64,000 nucleotides of DNA from an uncultured delta proteobacterium (lineage in GTDB: Bacteria; Desulfobacterota; Binatia; Binatales; Binataceae). Where the stretch lies: positions 128,001 through 192,000 of the forward strand of contig CAVQEQ010000004.1 of assembly GCA_963711565.1 (NCBI GenBank). The letters run 5' to 3'. The stretch's first letter is position 1. Every line of letters begins with the position of its first letter. A program made the position numbers and the translations under genes. The notes under the pieces are model-generated. The model worked only from the letters and a program-made list of their open reading frames with translations, was not told where the DNA came from and searched no databases. This document shows, in pieces, positions 45,665-54,998 of the stretch.

Positions 45665-46914
45665 GCGGCAGCAAACCTCAAATGCCTCTCCCAGGCTCCG
45701 ATCGTGGCGCGTGTGAGCAGCCGTCTGCAGTCCGACGTGTCAGCTACCTCCACAGCCAGACCCCGGCAAAGCTCGGCCGCCATCTCGGTTCCGCGGCCTT
45801 TCTCCGAGCCGATCTCGTCCCAGAAGAAATCGATCACGCAGCCCGTGCCGTAAATCAGAGTCGCGAGCGAACCGACCCGCGCCGCGGCAAGCATCGCGCG
45901 CGGTCCCAACTGCCGCAATCCCGAAGGCTGCCGCAATACTCGCACCCAGTCACGCAGACGCTGCGCGGCCGTTTCGAGACTGCTCAGCCGAGCGAAGATC
46001 CCGCGCCAATCCCGTGTATCCACAATTGTGCCGGACAGTTGCTCGCTTTCCCAATTCCACGTCGCGCGCGCGATCTCAACGGCTTCGCCGAATTCGCAGG
46101 CGAGATCACCGGACGGGAATCCCGTCTGGCAGAGCTTTTGAGCCATCGCATTATGAAAGCGCGAGATCAGCCGGCCGCTCATCTCGGCTCCCAAAATCTC
46201 AGGATGCGCGCGCAGCGCGTCCTCGAACGGCTTTTGCCTGCTCTGATAACCCGGCCGATAGCATCCCAGAAAAACCGACAACGAAGTTCCCAGGTCGATC
46301 CAGAATTTGGCTAGCGAGTAGGCAACCGCGATGCTGTCGCTGGTACGGTCCGAATACTCGGTACGTACCGCAATTTGTTCGATGATACGGTTGTTCAGCA
46401 ACCGAAACGCATCGTGTTTGGAGATTGCCCTTCCGCCTGCCGGCTCGTGGGGAACCGGAATCGCGGCGGGATCGCCGCACAGCAGCTTCGAATGCTCGCA
46501 TAGCTCCTGCGTAAAGATGGTAGGACGTAGTCGCAGCATCCCTTCGGGTAAAATCGCGCGCAATTCCACCTTGATTCCGCGCGCCGCATTGCCGCAATCG
46601 GAATTGGACTCGCGCTCGACCTGCCGCAACGAACGATCGATCTCCTGCTTTGGGACGATGCCGCCGCGAACCACCACCAGGCACTCGACATCGCTCAACC
46701 ATCGGCTTTTGTTTTGCGGATGAGGGATTACGGTTCCCTCGCCCCGTGCGAAACTTCCCGTCAGCAGAACGCCGGCGACGCACGGCGCGGCAGCGGATTC
46801 GCGGACGCGACCCAGCAGCCGTTCCAATTCGCGACGCACCTCATCTTGAAACGCCGGGTTGGCGCTGAGCGGGAACGATCCAGGCGGGCTCAGGCTGAAC
46901 GCGCCGTCGGTCAT
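45661..46914 (-). CDS. Pol-beta superfamily nucleotidyltransferase-domain protein
   Basis: VLLTGSFARGEG...SDVECLVV (hG[GS]...DxE motif) plus a helical C-terminal domain. Confidence 0.7.
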   Translation of the reverse strand: MTDGAFSLSPPGSFPLSANPAFQDEVRRELERLLGRVRESAAAPCVAGVLLTGSFARGEGTVIPHPQNKSRWLSDVECLVVVRGGIVPKQEIDRSLRQVERESNSDCGNAARGIKVELRAILPEGMLRLRPTIFTQELCEHSKLLCGDPAAIPVPHEPAGGRAISKHDAFRLLNNRIIEQIAVRTEYSDRTSDSIAVAYSLAKFWIDLGTSLSVFLGCYRPGYQSRQKPFEDALRAHPEILGAEMSGRLISRFHNAMAQKLCQTGFPSGDLACEFGEAVEIARATWNWESEQLSGTIVDTRDWRGIFARLSSLETAAQRLRDWVRVLRQPSGLRQLGPRAMLAAARVGSLATLIYGTGCVIDFFWDEIGSEKGRGTEMAAELCRGLAVEVADTSDCRRLLTRATIGAWERHLRFAAA

Positions 46915-49211
46915 TCTCTCACATCAGGATCCGAGTATTTCGAGTACTTTGAATATTTCGAGTATTTCCCGTAGCGTCCGTATCTGCCGTAACGTCCATA
47001 GCGGCCATAACGCTCGCTGCGCACCGTCGACAACGAAGGCTTGAACCGGTTCAGCACAACCCCGAACAGACTCTGAGGATCGAACATCATAAACGTCTTG
47101 GTGGTCGCGGCGCGGGCAGTGCTGTCGGCCGCCGTCACCACGATTGTGCCATCCCCGCCCCGTGCGAGGATCTGCGCATCGGGAACCAGCAAGGCCGGCG
47201 GAGTGTCGATTATGATGTACTGGTAGGCCGTACTTTTCCGCATCGTTTCCATCAGCAGGTCCATTCTGGTGGAAGCCAGGTATTCCGGTGCACGATTGCT
47301 GGTTCCGCCCGAGGGCATCAGGCTTAGGCCTGGCACCGGGGTCGGCAGAATGGTGGAAGCGAGCTCCACGCTTCCCTGCAGATATCCGAGCAGTCCGTCC
47401 ACCTTCGGCACCGGGAATGCGTAATGCTGAAATGGCGCCCGGATATCGGCGTCGATCAGCAGAGCGCCGCTGCCCGATACTGCCAGCGCGGCCGCCAGAT
47501 TGAGCGCGACGAAACTCTTCCCCTCGCCGCCCACAGCGCTCGCCACGACGAATACCTTGGCCCGGTCGTGCTGGGCCGCCCACGATCTAAGCTTGAAGGC
47601 GAGCAGCTGGAACTCGTCAGCCGCGGTAGTGACCATATCTTCTCCAGCCGCCACCAGGGGCGGTGCCGGATAGCGCTGGGCGAACCTTGCGGCGCGGCCC
47701 GTTAGCGGCACCAGACTTCCATTGGTGACAGCCTGACTTGCTGAGTCGCCGTTGGTGGATTGCTCGGGTCCGATTCCCCCTGAGTCGCTCGTGGCTCCGT
47801 TTTCCGGCAGCGCGATCGGAGCCTCCGCCGCGTTCACGTCGATAAGGCGCTCGACTTCCGGTACCCGCGAGATCGCAATTGCGTTAACGTCGGCAAACTC
47901 GGCCTTGATGTCATCGGAGTCTTTGAACGATGTATCGGTGTAGAACAGCCCGAACGGGATTGCCAGCGCAATTAATAATGTCAGGGCAACCCCGCCGCCT
48001 ATCAGCGCCAGGCGATTCGGGAACGACGGATTCAACGGCAGCCCGCCAGGCTGCATCACCTTCAAGCGCTCTCCCTGGCCGCGTTCCAACACTTCCTCGT
48101 CGGCAGTGGCCTGGAACAGAAGATTGCTCAGGTCGTGATAGCGGCTCGACAGGATTGCGTAATCACGGTTCACCGCCGCAACCGCTTCCTCATGCGATGG
48201 CGTATCCGCGATTCTGTGCTGATAGTCGGCGATTTGCTGCTGGATCTGGCTAGCCGCCGAACCGGAGCCATGGGACGATGACGATTGCGCCCTGACGGGG
48301 TTCGCAATCTCCTTCTCCAGGACTTCGATCTGCGATTTTGTCTCGATAACCTCCGGATACTCGTTGCTGTACTGGGCGGTTAGAGCAACCAGCTTGGTCT
48401 TGAGCGCCGCCAGGGCAGCTTCGGGCGTGTTTGCTCGTGGCCCCACCGAGGCGACGGTTCCATCCGTCGCGTCAGTCTTTGCCTCGCCCGAGGCCGTTCG
48501 CTCGACCTGCATCTGAAGCGCCTCGAGCGCCCTGACATTGTCGTCGAGGTCTTGCGGCAGGCTGCCGCGATATTTTTCCTTCAATACTTTGATCTGAGCC
48601 TGACTCTCAGCCAGCTTGCCTCGAGTTTCGTCCACTTCACTCGAAATCAGCTTGATCGTCTCCGCGTTGTGGCGCTCGAGTTCCTTGCGGTACTCGTCGA
48701 TCATTATGTTGCCCAAATCGTTAGCCACCGCCTGCGCTTTGGCCGGATCGGTGTATTCGTACGAAATCTCCACCGCGTCGGGCGGGAGACTTCTCTGAAA
48801 GCGATTCGGGGTCTTTGACTGCAACACTGCGTCAGGAATCGTGATCGTTATGGCCCCGGCCATTTCGCCGGCCGCGCCCGGCTGGGGCTTGCCGTTGCGT
48901 AGATACAGGTCGTGCTTCGCTATCAGTTCCTGAAGATGGCCGCGTGCGATGGTCTCCTCGCTGAGTGCCTCCAGGCGCGATTCAATATGACTGACGTTGG
49001 CGTTGTTTTGCGGTTCGGCGCCGATGAGGGAAGGCTGAACATCGGAATGCCAGACCTCCAGCATGACTGATGAGGTGTATTGCTTCGGGATAAGAAACAG
49101 CGACAACCCGGTGAGAATAAGGCCCACCACGATCGTGATAAAGAAGCTCCTACGATGGCGGTAGATAATGTCCCAGTACGGGCCGACGCTGATGAAGGTC
49201 TGATTACTCAT
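46911..49211 (-). CDS. wzc: Polysaccharide co-polymerase / BY-kinase fusion
   Basis: Two TM helices, coiled coil with Y...YPEV, Walker A SAVGGEGKS, LIDADIR, IIIDTPP, GVVLN, C-terminal Tyr cluster. Confidence 0.93.
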   Translation of the reverse strand: MSNQTFISVGPYWDIIYRHRRSFFITIVVGLILTGLSLFLIPKQYTSSVMLEVWHSDVQPSLIGAEPQNNANVSHIESRLEALSEETIARGHLQELIAKHDLYLRNGKPQPGAAGEMAGAITITIPDAVLQSKTPNRFQRSLPPDAVEISYEYTDPAKAQAVANDLGNIMIDEYRKELERHNAETIKLISSEVDETRGKLAESQAQIKVLKEKYRGSLPQDLDDNVRALEALQMQVERTASGEAKTDATDGTVASVGPRANTPEAALAALKTKLVALTAQYSNEYPEVIETKSQIEVLEKEIANPVRAQSSSSHGSGSAASQIQQQIADYQHRIADTPSHEEAVAAVNRDYAILSSRYHDLSNLLFQATADEEVLERGQGERLKVMQPGGLPLNPSFPNRLALIGGGVALTLLIALAIPFGLFYTDTSFKDSDDIKAEFADVNAIAISRVPEVERLIDVNAAEAPIALPENGATSDSGGIGPEQSTNGDSASQAVTNGSLVPLTGRAARFAQRYPAPPLVAAGEDMVTTAADEFQLLAFKLRSWAAQHDRAKVFVVASAVGGEGKSFVALNLAAALAVSGSGALLIDADIRAPFQHYAFPVPKVDGLLGYLQGSVELASTILPTPVPGLSLMPSGGTSNRAPEYLASTRMDLLMETMRKSTAYQYIIIDTPPALLVPDAQILARGGDGTIVVTAADSTARAATTKTFMMFDPQSLFGVVLNRFKPSLSTVRSERYGRYGRYGRYGRYGKYSKYSKYSKYSDPDVRE

Positions 49212-50452
49212 TGCCAACTCCATCTAAACGCTTCGACCGCAACCGTGAATCCGATGATGTAGTAATCGCCGACCGCTTCCTTTCCATTCTGGAAGGCGGT
49301 GGGGAAAAGATTTTCATTGGAACTGGTCTCATCCACGCGAATCTGAACGAAGCGGGCGTAAACGCTCGCGTATTGATTCACGCGTTGGGTCAGGCCGACT
49401 CCCCAGGAAACGAGGTCCGCGTTGAACCCGGTTCCCGACGAATTGTAAAACGCGCCGCCCGCATATCCTGTCAGCCGCTGCGTGATGTCGTAGGTCAGCC
49501 TGCCTCTCACGCCTCGAATTACGCCGAGGCCCCCACCAGCGGTTACCAGATCCGGTTCCTGACCGCCCCAGACGCTAAGATGTCCGCGATAGAAGTTGTA
49601 TTCAATCTGCCCGATGCCGGCGAAATTTTCCTTCTCACCCATGCCCTGGGTATGGTTGATAACGACGCCCGCAGTGCCGGAAAGATAGAGGTTTTTCGTC
49701 GGGTACCAGTTGGCAAGGGCAAAGGGCCAGTGGGCCTGTGCGTCGGCTGTCCCGGGATGGGTGAACTGGAAATCATAATATCGGTATCCTGCACCCAGCG
49801 CGAAGCGATCATTGAAATGGTACTCGGTCGTGCCGCTCGCGCCCTGGCCGTAGGTGGTATAACCGGTGCCGGTGCTGTTGTTGTCGCCATTGGCCCAAAA
49901 GGTCGTTTGATGAACGCTGAACTCGCTGGTCCAGCCGCGTCCCCAGGCGTGCGTCAACACCGCACTGAAGTGATTGACCGACGCGTTAAAATTCACCAGC
50001 AACAACTGCGTCAGGGTCGTGTTGAATGCCGGGGACTGATCGCTGGTAGTGACGGCCGTCTCGGTGGGCGCATCGCGATAAAAGAAATCGTAGAAGCGGA
50101 GGTGGGTCGTTGGCGAGATATTTTCGTCGTCGCTCGCGCTGACAGATTGTCCTTCCCCAGCTCGATCGAACTGAGTTCGATGCAGGAATAGCTGCGCGAA
50201 GGTATCGTAATGCAGAGACGCGTATCGGGCCTCCGACGTGTAGTCCAGAAAAAATCCGGCAACCATCGTCGTCCCGAAATCGCCGATCTCATTGTTGGAC
50301 CGGAGCCCGATGTTGTCGCCGTAGAATCCGTTTGCCTGGAATTCCGGAAAGAGGCGGAACAAATTGTCCGCATGCCCCATTCCCGGAACGGCCAGGATTA
50401 AGACCGCTGCCACTAGTAAGATGCCTGGATGATTTTTGATTCTCATGATCAT
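49208..50452 (-). CDS. Outer-membrane beta-barrel of the EPS export system
   Basis: Signal peptide, alternating aromatic beta strands, position between wza and wzc. Confidence 0.7.
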   Translation of the reverse strand: MIMRIKNHPGILLVAAVLILAVPGMGHADNLFRLFPEFQANGFYGDNIGLRSNNEIGDFGTTMVAGFFLDYTSEARYASLHYDTFAQLFLHRTQFDRAGEGQSVSASDDENISPTTHLRFYDFFYRDAPTETAVTTSDQSPAFNTTLTQLLLVNFNASVNHFSAVLTHAWGRGWTSEFSVHQTTFWANGDNNSTGTGYTTYGQGASGTTEYHFNDRFALGAGYRYYDFQFTHPGTADAQAHWPFALANWYPTKNLYLSGTAGVVINHTQGMGEKENFAGIGQIEYNFYRGHLSVWGGQEPDLVTAGGGLGVIRGVRGRLTYDITQRLTGYAGGAFYNSSGTGFNADLVSWGVGLTQRVNQYASVYARFVQIRVDETSSNENLFPTAFQNGKEAVGDYYIIGFTVAVEAFRWSWQ

Positions 50453-51093
50453 GGCACTGACACCGTGTCTCCGGGTTCCACCGGGACATCCGCTGATACG
50501 TCCCCACCAGATCGCACCACGTTATAGTTGACCGTGAGCACGACCGTCTCGTCTTCCTTATGGCGCAGAATCCTTATCTTCCCCGCATCCGCGTATTCGC
50601 CCAGTCCGCCTGCCTCTGCCAGCGCCTGCGAAAGCACCTCGCCCGAGTGAAGCTTGTAGGCGCCCGGCTTGTTCACCTGACCCAGCACGTAAAACACGTG
50701 GCTGGCCGGATCGCTTACCCGCACCGTAGCATTCGCCCCGTTAACATAGCGAGTGTAGCGCTTCTCGAGGTCCACCTTGAGTTGATCCGGCGTAAGGCCG
50801 GCCGCGGGTACCCTCCCGATCAGCGGCATCGCTATAGTTCCGTCGGACGCCACGATCACCTTCCCGCTGAGCTGCGGCTGGTTCCAGACAACTATTTCGA
50901 GTTCGTCATCGCTGCCGATCACATAGGGGTCAACACTCTTTTCCGCCGCGCGCGGCACTATTTTTTCCCGCACCGGCGTACCGTCGAACAAACTGCACGA
51001 AGCCATCGACATCGAAATCGCGACCGCCAGCAAAACTCTAATACCCACTCGTGCGAAGTCCCGCGCCAACTCAATACTGCCAATTCTCATCAA
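50449..51093 (-). CDS. wza: OPX polysaccharide export lipoprotein (short form)
   Basis: Lipobox-like MASC, YVIG.DDELEI.VW, DGTIAMPLIG.V.AAGLT, YVLGQVNKPG SLBB, PGDTV.VP. Confidence 0.92.
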   Translation of the reverse strand: MMRIGSIELARDFARVGIRVLLAVAISMSMASCSLFDGTPVREKIVPRAAEKSVDPYVIGSDDELEIVVWNQPQLSGKVIVASDGTIAMPLIGRVPAAGLTPDQLKVDLEKRYTRYVNGANATVRVSDPASHVFYVLGQVNKPGAYKLHSGEVLSQALAEAGGLGEYADAGKIRILRHKEDETVVLTVNYNVVRSGGDVSADVPVEPGDTVSVP

Positions 51094-51950
51094 CTTATTT
51101 TTCCAGCCGCACCTTTTATAGTCGTTCTGCCGCGCGCGATCATCAGCCGATCGGCTACTACCGTAAGCCGGTTCTTGTATCTTTTTATCACCGGCCCTGC
51201 AGAATTTGCCTCGTCGTCCAACGGGCTCTGCATCCGGTCGAATCTATGTTCCTGAGAATCCCAACCCTTCAATAGAAGATACTGCTTACCGCGCCGCTGA
51301 ACCAGACCACGCTCCTCCATTTCGTTCAAAAGACGGCTGACCAGCGGTCGCGAACTCGCAATCATCTCCGCGAGATCCGCCTGCGACAACTCCGGAATTA
51401 TCAGCGTGCCGCGGTTGTCATGAACACCCACACGCCGGCCCAAGTCGCTCAACACGAGTTCTAGCCGCTGCTGAAAGGGCAAGCCGAGAAAGCTGGTCCA
51501 CCAATGCAGAGTCAGCGACCAGAACGAATTAAGCGTTTGATAGAGCTCGATAGTCTGATCCGGCTCAAGCGAGCGCAGCAGCCGCACCGCGCGTTCCCGC
51601 GTGAACAGCGCAATCGAACATTTGGTCAGCGCTTGCGTCTCAAATATTTTTGACCGCCGGCCCTTGCCGTCCTCGGCATCGGCGTAACCGATTATGTCGC
51701 CCGGCCCCGACAACCGCGCCAGTACGCGCGCTCCGTTGGCCGTGTTGCAGTAAACTTTTACGTAGCCGGCCAGCACGCAGCCGAAAAGATCGCCCGGCGA
51801 TCCTTCCAGGAAAACCATCGCGCCGCGCGGGTAGCTGACCGCGCTTCGATGATCGACCAGATCTTCGATGATGGCGTTCGGCACGCGCCACTGGCTGAAA
51901 TTTCCACGCAGCCGGGCGTAGCCTTCCTCGCATACGGCGCCGTTCGCCAT
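51090..51950 (-). CDS. Crp/Fnr family transcriptional regulator
   Basis: cNMP-like barrel (GAMVFLEG..G.VK...GPGDIIG) and HTH LSQADLAEMIASSRPLVSRLL. Confidence 0.88.
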   Translation of the reverse strand: MANGAVCEEGYARLRGNFSQWRVPNAIIEDLVDHRSAVSYPRGAMVFLEGSPGDLFGCVLAGYVKVYCNTANGARVLARLSGPGDIIGYADAEDGKGRRSKIFETQALTKCSIALFTRERAVRLLRSLEPDQTIELYQTLNSFWSLTLHWWTSFLGLPFQQRLELVLSDLGRRVGVHDNRGTLIIPELSQADLAEMIASSRPLVSRLLNEMEERGLVQRRGKQYLLLKGWDSQEHRFDRMQSPLDDEANSAGPVIKRYKNRLTVVADRLMIARGRTTIKGAAGKIS

Positions 51951-51966
51951 TACCCGTTCCTCCGTC

Positions 51967-53100
51967 TCATACGTGCGCCTTCATCACGCCAAATACATCG
52001 GTGATCTGATTGATGCTGTCACCGTAATCGATGCTCGACACGAAGGCCGACCGCGAGTGCGGCGCCGACGGCAGAAAGCCATGCATCCCGGCCATCGCTT
52101 GAAGGCCCATGTGACTCGGCGCGATTACCGTTCCCGACTCGGTCAGAAAAATCTTTTCGCCGTACTTCCCGTCCGGAAAAAACGAATGGAGATTGACGAG
52201 GTCGTCGGCATCGAGCCATTTGCCGCCGTTGACCTCGTTCAAAGCCGCGGTCACCAACTCGCGGGCGCGCGCCGAGAAAAACCAGAAACGCGCCATCGTG
52301 GAATCCAGCAGGCACAGGTAATCGACCGACGCCGTGACCGGCAGTTCCGCCAGCTTCGCCTGGATGTCGATGGTCGCCACCGTCGGCGCCATGCCGTGAT
52401 CGCCGAACACGTGAATGTCGGCCGCGCCGTAGGTTTCGACCGCGATCTTGTGCAGGCGCGCGAGCTTGTCCGAATATTTTTGCAGGGTCTCGGCCGCGGC
52501 GGCGCGATCGTCGGCGTGCAGATGCAGAAAATAATCGAGTTCGGCGAGATAGAGAAAATAAAATTTCGCCGCCCCGGCGCGCAAATCCGTTTCGATCGAT
52601 GCCAGCAACTGATCGTCCGTCCCCTCGTGGTAACAGTACGTTTTGTAGGATTTACCACCGTCGTGCAACAGGTCGAAAATCGAGGTCGAGCCCGGAATTC
52701 CGCCGGGGGCGTAGATGTTGCGCTTTTCGCAGACGTCGAGCTTCGGCAGGTATTTCAGCGGCACCCCGTAGAGCTGAAAGTAGCCGCTCAGATTGTTCAT
52801 GCGGCGCGCCAGCGTTTTGACCCCGAAGCGCGCGTAGCGGTTCTCGACCATCCACGGCGGCATCGCGCAGATTAGCTTGAGCTTCGAGAACGGCGAGTGC
52901 CCGTTTGCGCGATGGAACAGCGACAGCCGCCCGTGCTCTTGCGGAAAGCGGCCGGTGAGGATCGACGGTATTGCGGCGGTGCTGAAGCCCAGCACGGAAT
53001 CGAGCGGACGGCGATAGGGCGCGACCTCCTTCAGGAACGGATGCTCCTTGATCCATTCCCAGCCCAACGCGTCCATCAATACGAAGATGCTTGCTTTCAT
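51967..53100 (-). CDS. Alkaline phosphatase superfamily (phosphodiesterase/NPP-like) protein
   Basis: FVLMDALG, GFSTAAIPSILTG, ELDYFLH, FGDHGM, GMHG; start MKASIF at 53100. Confidence 0.85.
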   Translation of the reverse strand: MKASIFVLMDALGWEWIKEHPFLKEVAPYRRPLDSVLGFSTAAIPSILTGRFPQEHGRLSLFHRANGHSPFSKLKLICAMPPWMVENRYARFGVKTLARRMNNLSGYFQLYGVPLKYLPKLDVCEKRNIYAPGGIPGSTSIFDLLHDGGKSYKTYCYHEGTDDQLLASIETDLRAGAAKFYFLYLAELDYFLHLHADDRAAAAETLQKYSDKLARLHKIAVETYGAADIHVFGDHGMAPTVATIDIQAKLAELPVTASVDYLCLLDSTMARFWFFSARARELVTAALNEVNGGKWLDADDLVNLHSFFPDGKYGEKIFLTESGTVIAPSHMGLQAMAGMHGFLPSAPHSRSAFVSSIDYGDSINQITDVFGVMKAHV

Positions 53101-53921
53101 CGCCCGGTCGGTTTCCTCACGATCGCAAGCAGCCCCGAACCGTGCCGCGTCGGCGTATGATTCTCGAGAAAGCTGAGCACGAGCAAAAACGGCAGCGACG
53201 CCGCAAATACAATTGGATTCGGTTTGCTGTCGCCGAGTACGAAAAACAAATCGTGCGCGAGGTTGCCGAACGGGCCGTACGTCCACACGGTCTTCACCGG
53301 CTCGAGTCCCACCTCGCCTGCCAGCCCGTTTATCATCTCGGGCGAGTAGCCCGGCCGCACGTGGCCGATATCCTCGGGCTTGAATCCGATTCTCCGCTCC
53401 CGCCATGCGACCAGCTTCAGATGACGGCGCTGAGGCACCGACGGAAACGTCAGCAGCAGGTATCCACCCGGCGCCAGCGCCCGCGCCAGATTCGCCATCG
53501 CGCCCCGATCGTCCTCGATATGTTCGAGCACGTCGGTGTTGGTGATCAGATCGTACTGCCCAACCTCCGATAGATTGAGCAGATTGTCGCGGTCGAAGCT
53601 GACGTTGCGCAGCGCAAGGTTCCCCGCGGCCGTGCGGCAGCGCTCCACGCGGTCGTCGAGCAGATCGATTCCATGCACCTGCCACTCGGGATGGAGCCGC
53701 GCGCAATGCAGCGCGATATCGCCGCGGCCCGTGCCCGCATCGAGCATCCGCACTCCGCTTTCCGGCAGACCCAGCGCTTTGATCTCGCGGAACACGTGGT
53801 TGAGCCGAATCCGTCCCGGGATGTGAATCTCGCCGATGTAGCGATACGCATTGCGGCGCATCCGTGACGGCTCGCCCGCCGCTTTCTCGATTCCGAATCG
53901 CGGTGCCGCTATCGAACTCAA
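53097..53921 (-). CDS. Class I SAM-dependent methyltransferase
   Basis: MLDAGTGRG, GIDL, YDLITNTDVLEHIEDD, PGGYLLLTFP, GHVRPGY; TTGA overlap with the upstream stop. Confidence 0.85.
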   Translation of the reverse strand: MSSIAAPRFGIEKAAGEPSRMRRNAYRYIGEIHIPGRIRLNHVFREIKALGLPESGVRMLDAGTGRGDIALHCARLHPEWQVHGIDLLDDRVERCRTAAGNLALRNVSFDRDNLLNLSEVGQYDLITNTDVLEHIEDDRGAMANLARALAPGGYLLLTFPSVPQRRHLKLVAWRERRIGFKPEDIGHVRPGYSPEMINGLAGEVGLEPVKTVWTYGPFGNLAHDLFFVLGDSKPNPIVFAASLPFLLVLSFLENHTPTRHGSGLLAIVRKPTGR

Positions 53922-54976
53922 TTCGAGATCCCCCGTCGCAGCCCCGGTCCCACCGTGCGGGCTACGCCCAGTGGCATGTAGCGCCACAAGCGACTGATAG
54001 TCTGCAGGCTCTTGCGCTGACGCGGCGCCGCCGCGCGCGGCGAAAGGTAGAGCGTGCTCCAATACGGCTGCACCGGAGTCGGGCCCCATTGCCGCTTGAA
54101 TTCGTAGATGCCCGAGCCGAAGGTAGAGCGCCCGAAATCAAAGGTGTGGCATCTCGACTCGATCGCCAGCCGTATGCCCGCCCAGTACAACGCGTTGCTG
54201 CCGTATACTGGACGCGCCTGGGCGGTGGCTCCCGTCCACGGCAGCGTCATCCAGCCGCGGAAATTCATTGCCAGCCCGGCCGCGATCACCTGGCCGCCGC
54301 GGCGGACGCGAATCAGCGAAAGACAATCGCGCAGGTAGTTCACCAGTTGGCTGAAGAACCGGCGGCCATGTGTAGGCGATCCGAGATCGCGCATATTCTC
54401 CGAATAAACCGCGCACAAATCGGCGAGTCCGATCGGGTCGGTCGGGTCGCTTACCTCGACGCTCAGCCCCAACTTCTCCACTCGCTTCAGGCGATTGCGA
54501 CGCTCAGAGGGCAGCCGGCGCAACTGCTCTTCGACCGTAGGCGCGAGCGCCAGGTGTTGCGTCACCTTCTCCGTGCTGATTTCAAACGGCGGCTGCAACT
54601 GTCGCAAGCTGCGGATGTGTAGTCGCTTGGCGCGCAATTTTGCCGCCAGCTCGCGGGCATGATCGATCAGTTCGGCTTCCGCCGCGTCACGACCCGCCGA
54701 ATCCAGCCAGTCGGCGTGGCACACACCGCCGTAGTCGATATAAGGCATCGACGCGAGCTCGTTGCCGTAAAGGAAGCTGCGCACCGAGATGAACGGCGCC
54801 GCGGCTATCGGACGGCCCTGCCCGTCCTGCGCGAGCAGGTAAATAGAATCGAAGCCGTACGCGGATCCGACCACTTCGCGCCATTGCCAGAGATGGCCGC
54901 TGGTCGCGTCAGCACAGTTGCCGATCAGTTCATCCCAATCCGCGCGCCGATTCTCGCTACAAACTACTACCGTCAA
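53918..54976 (-). CDS. FemAB-like GNAT protein of the type found in PEP-CTERM/exosortase EPS loci
   Basis: HLWQW, SMPYIDYGG, YSENMRDLGSP, FDFGRS..GSG.YEFKRQWG. Confidence 0.85.
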   Translation of the reverse strand: MTVVVCSENRRADWDELIGNCADATSGHLWQWREVVGSAYGFDSIYLLAQDGQGRPIAAAPFISVRSFLYGNELASMPYIDYGGVCHADWLDSAGRDAAEAELIDHARELAAKLRAKRLHIRSLRQLQPPFEISTEKVTQHLALAPTVEEQLRRLPSERRNRLKRVEKLGLSVEVSDPTDPIGLADLCAVYSENMRDLGSPTHGRRFFSQLVNYLRDCLSLIRVRRGGQVIAAGLAMNFRGWMTLPWTGATAQARPVYGSNALYWAGIRLAIESRCHTFDFGRSTFGSGIYEFKRQWGPTPVQPYWSTLYLSPRAAAPRQRKSLQTISRLWRYMPLGVARTVGPGLRRGISN

Positions 54977-54998
54977 ACCTTCTACCCCGTCCCCCGTC

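Noticed and set aside
53101-53706. N-terminal extension of the 579-aa ORF 51967-53706
   Set aside because: Overlaps the methyltransferase in another frame; the AP-family domain starts at MKASIF (53100) with an ATGA coupling
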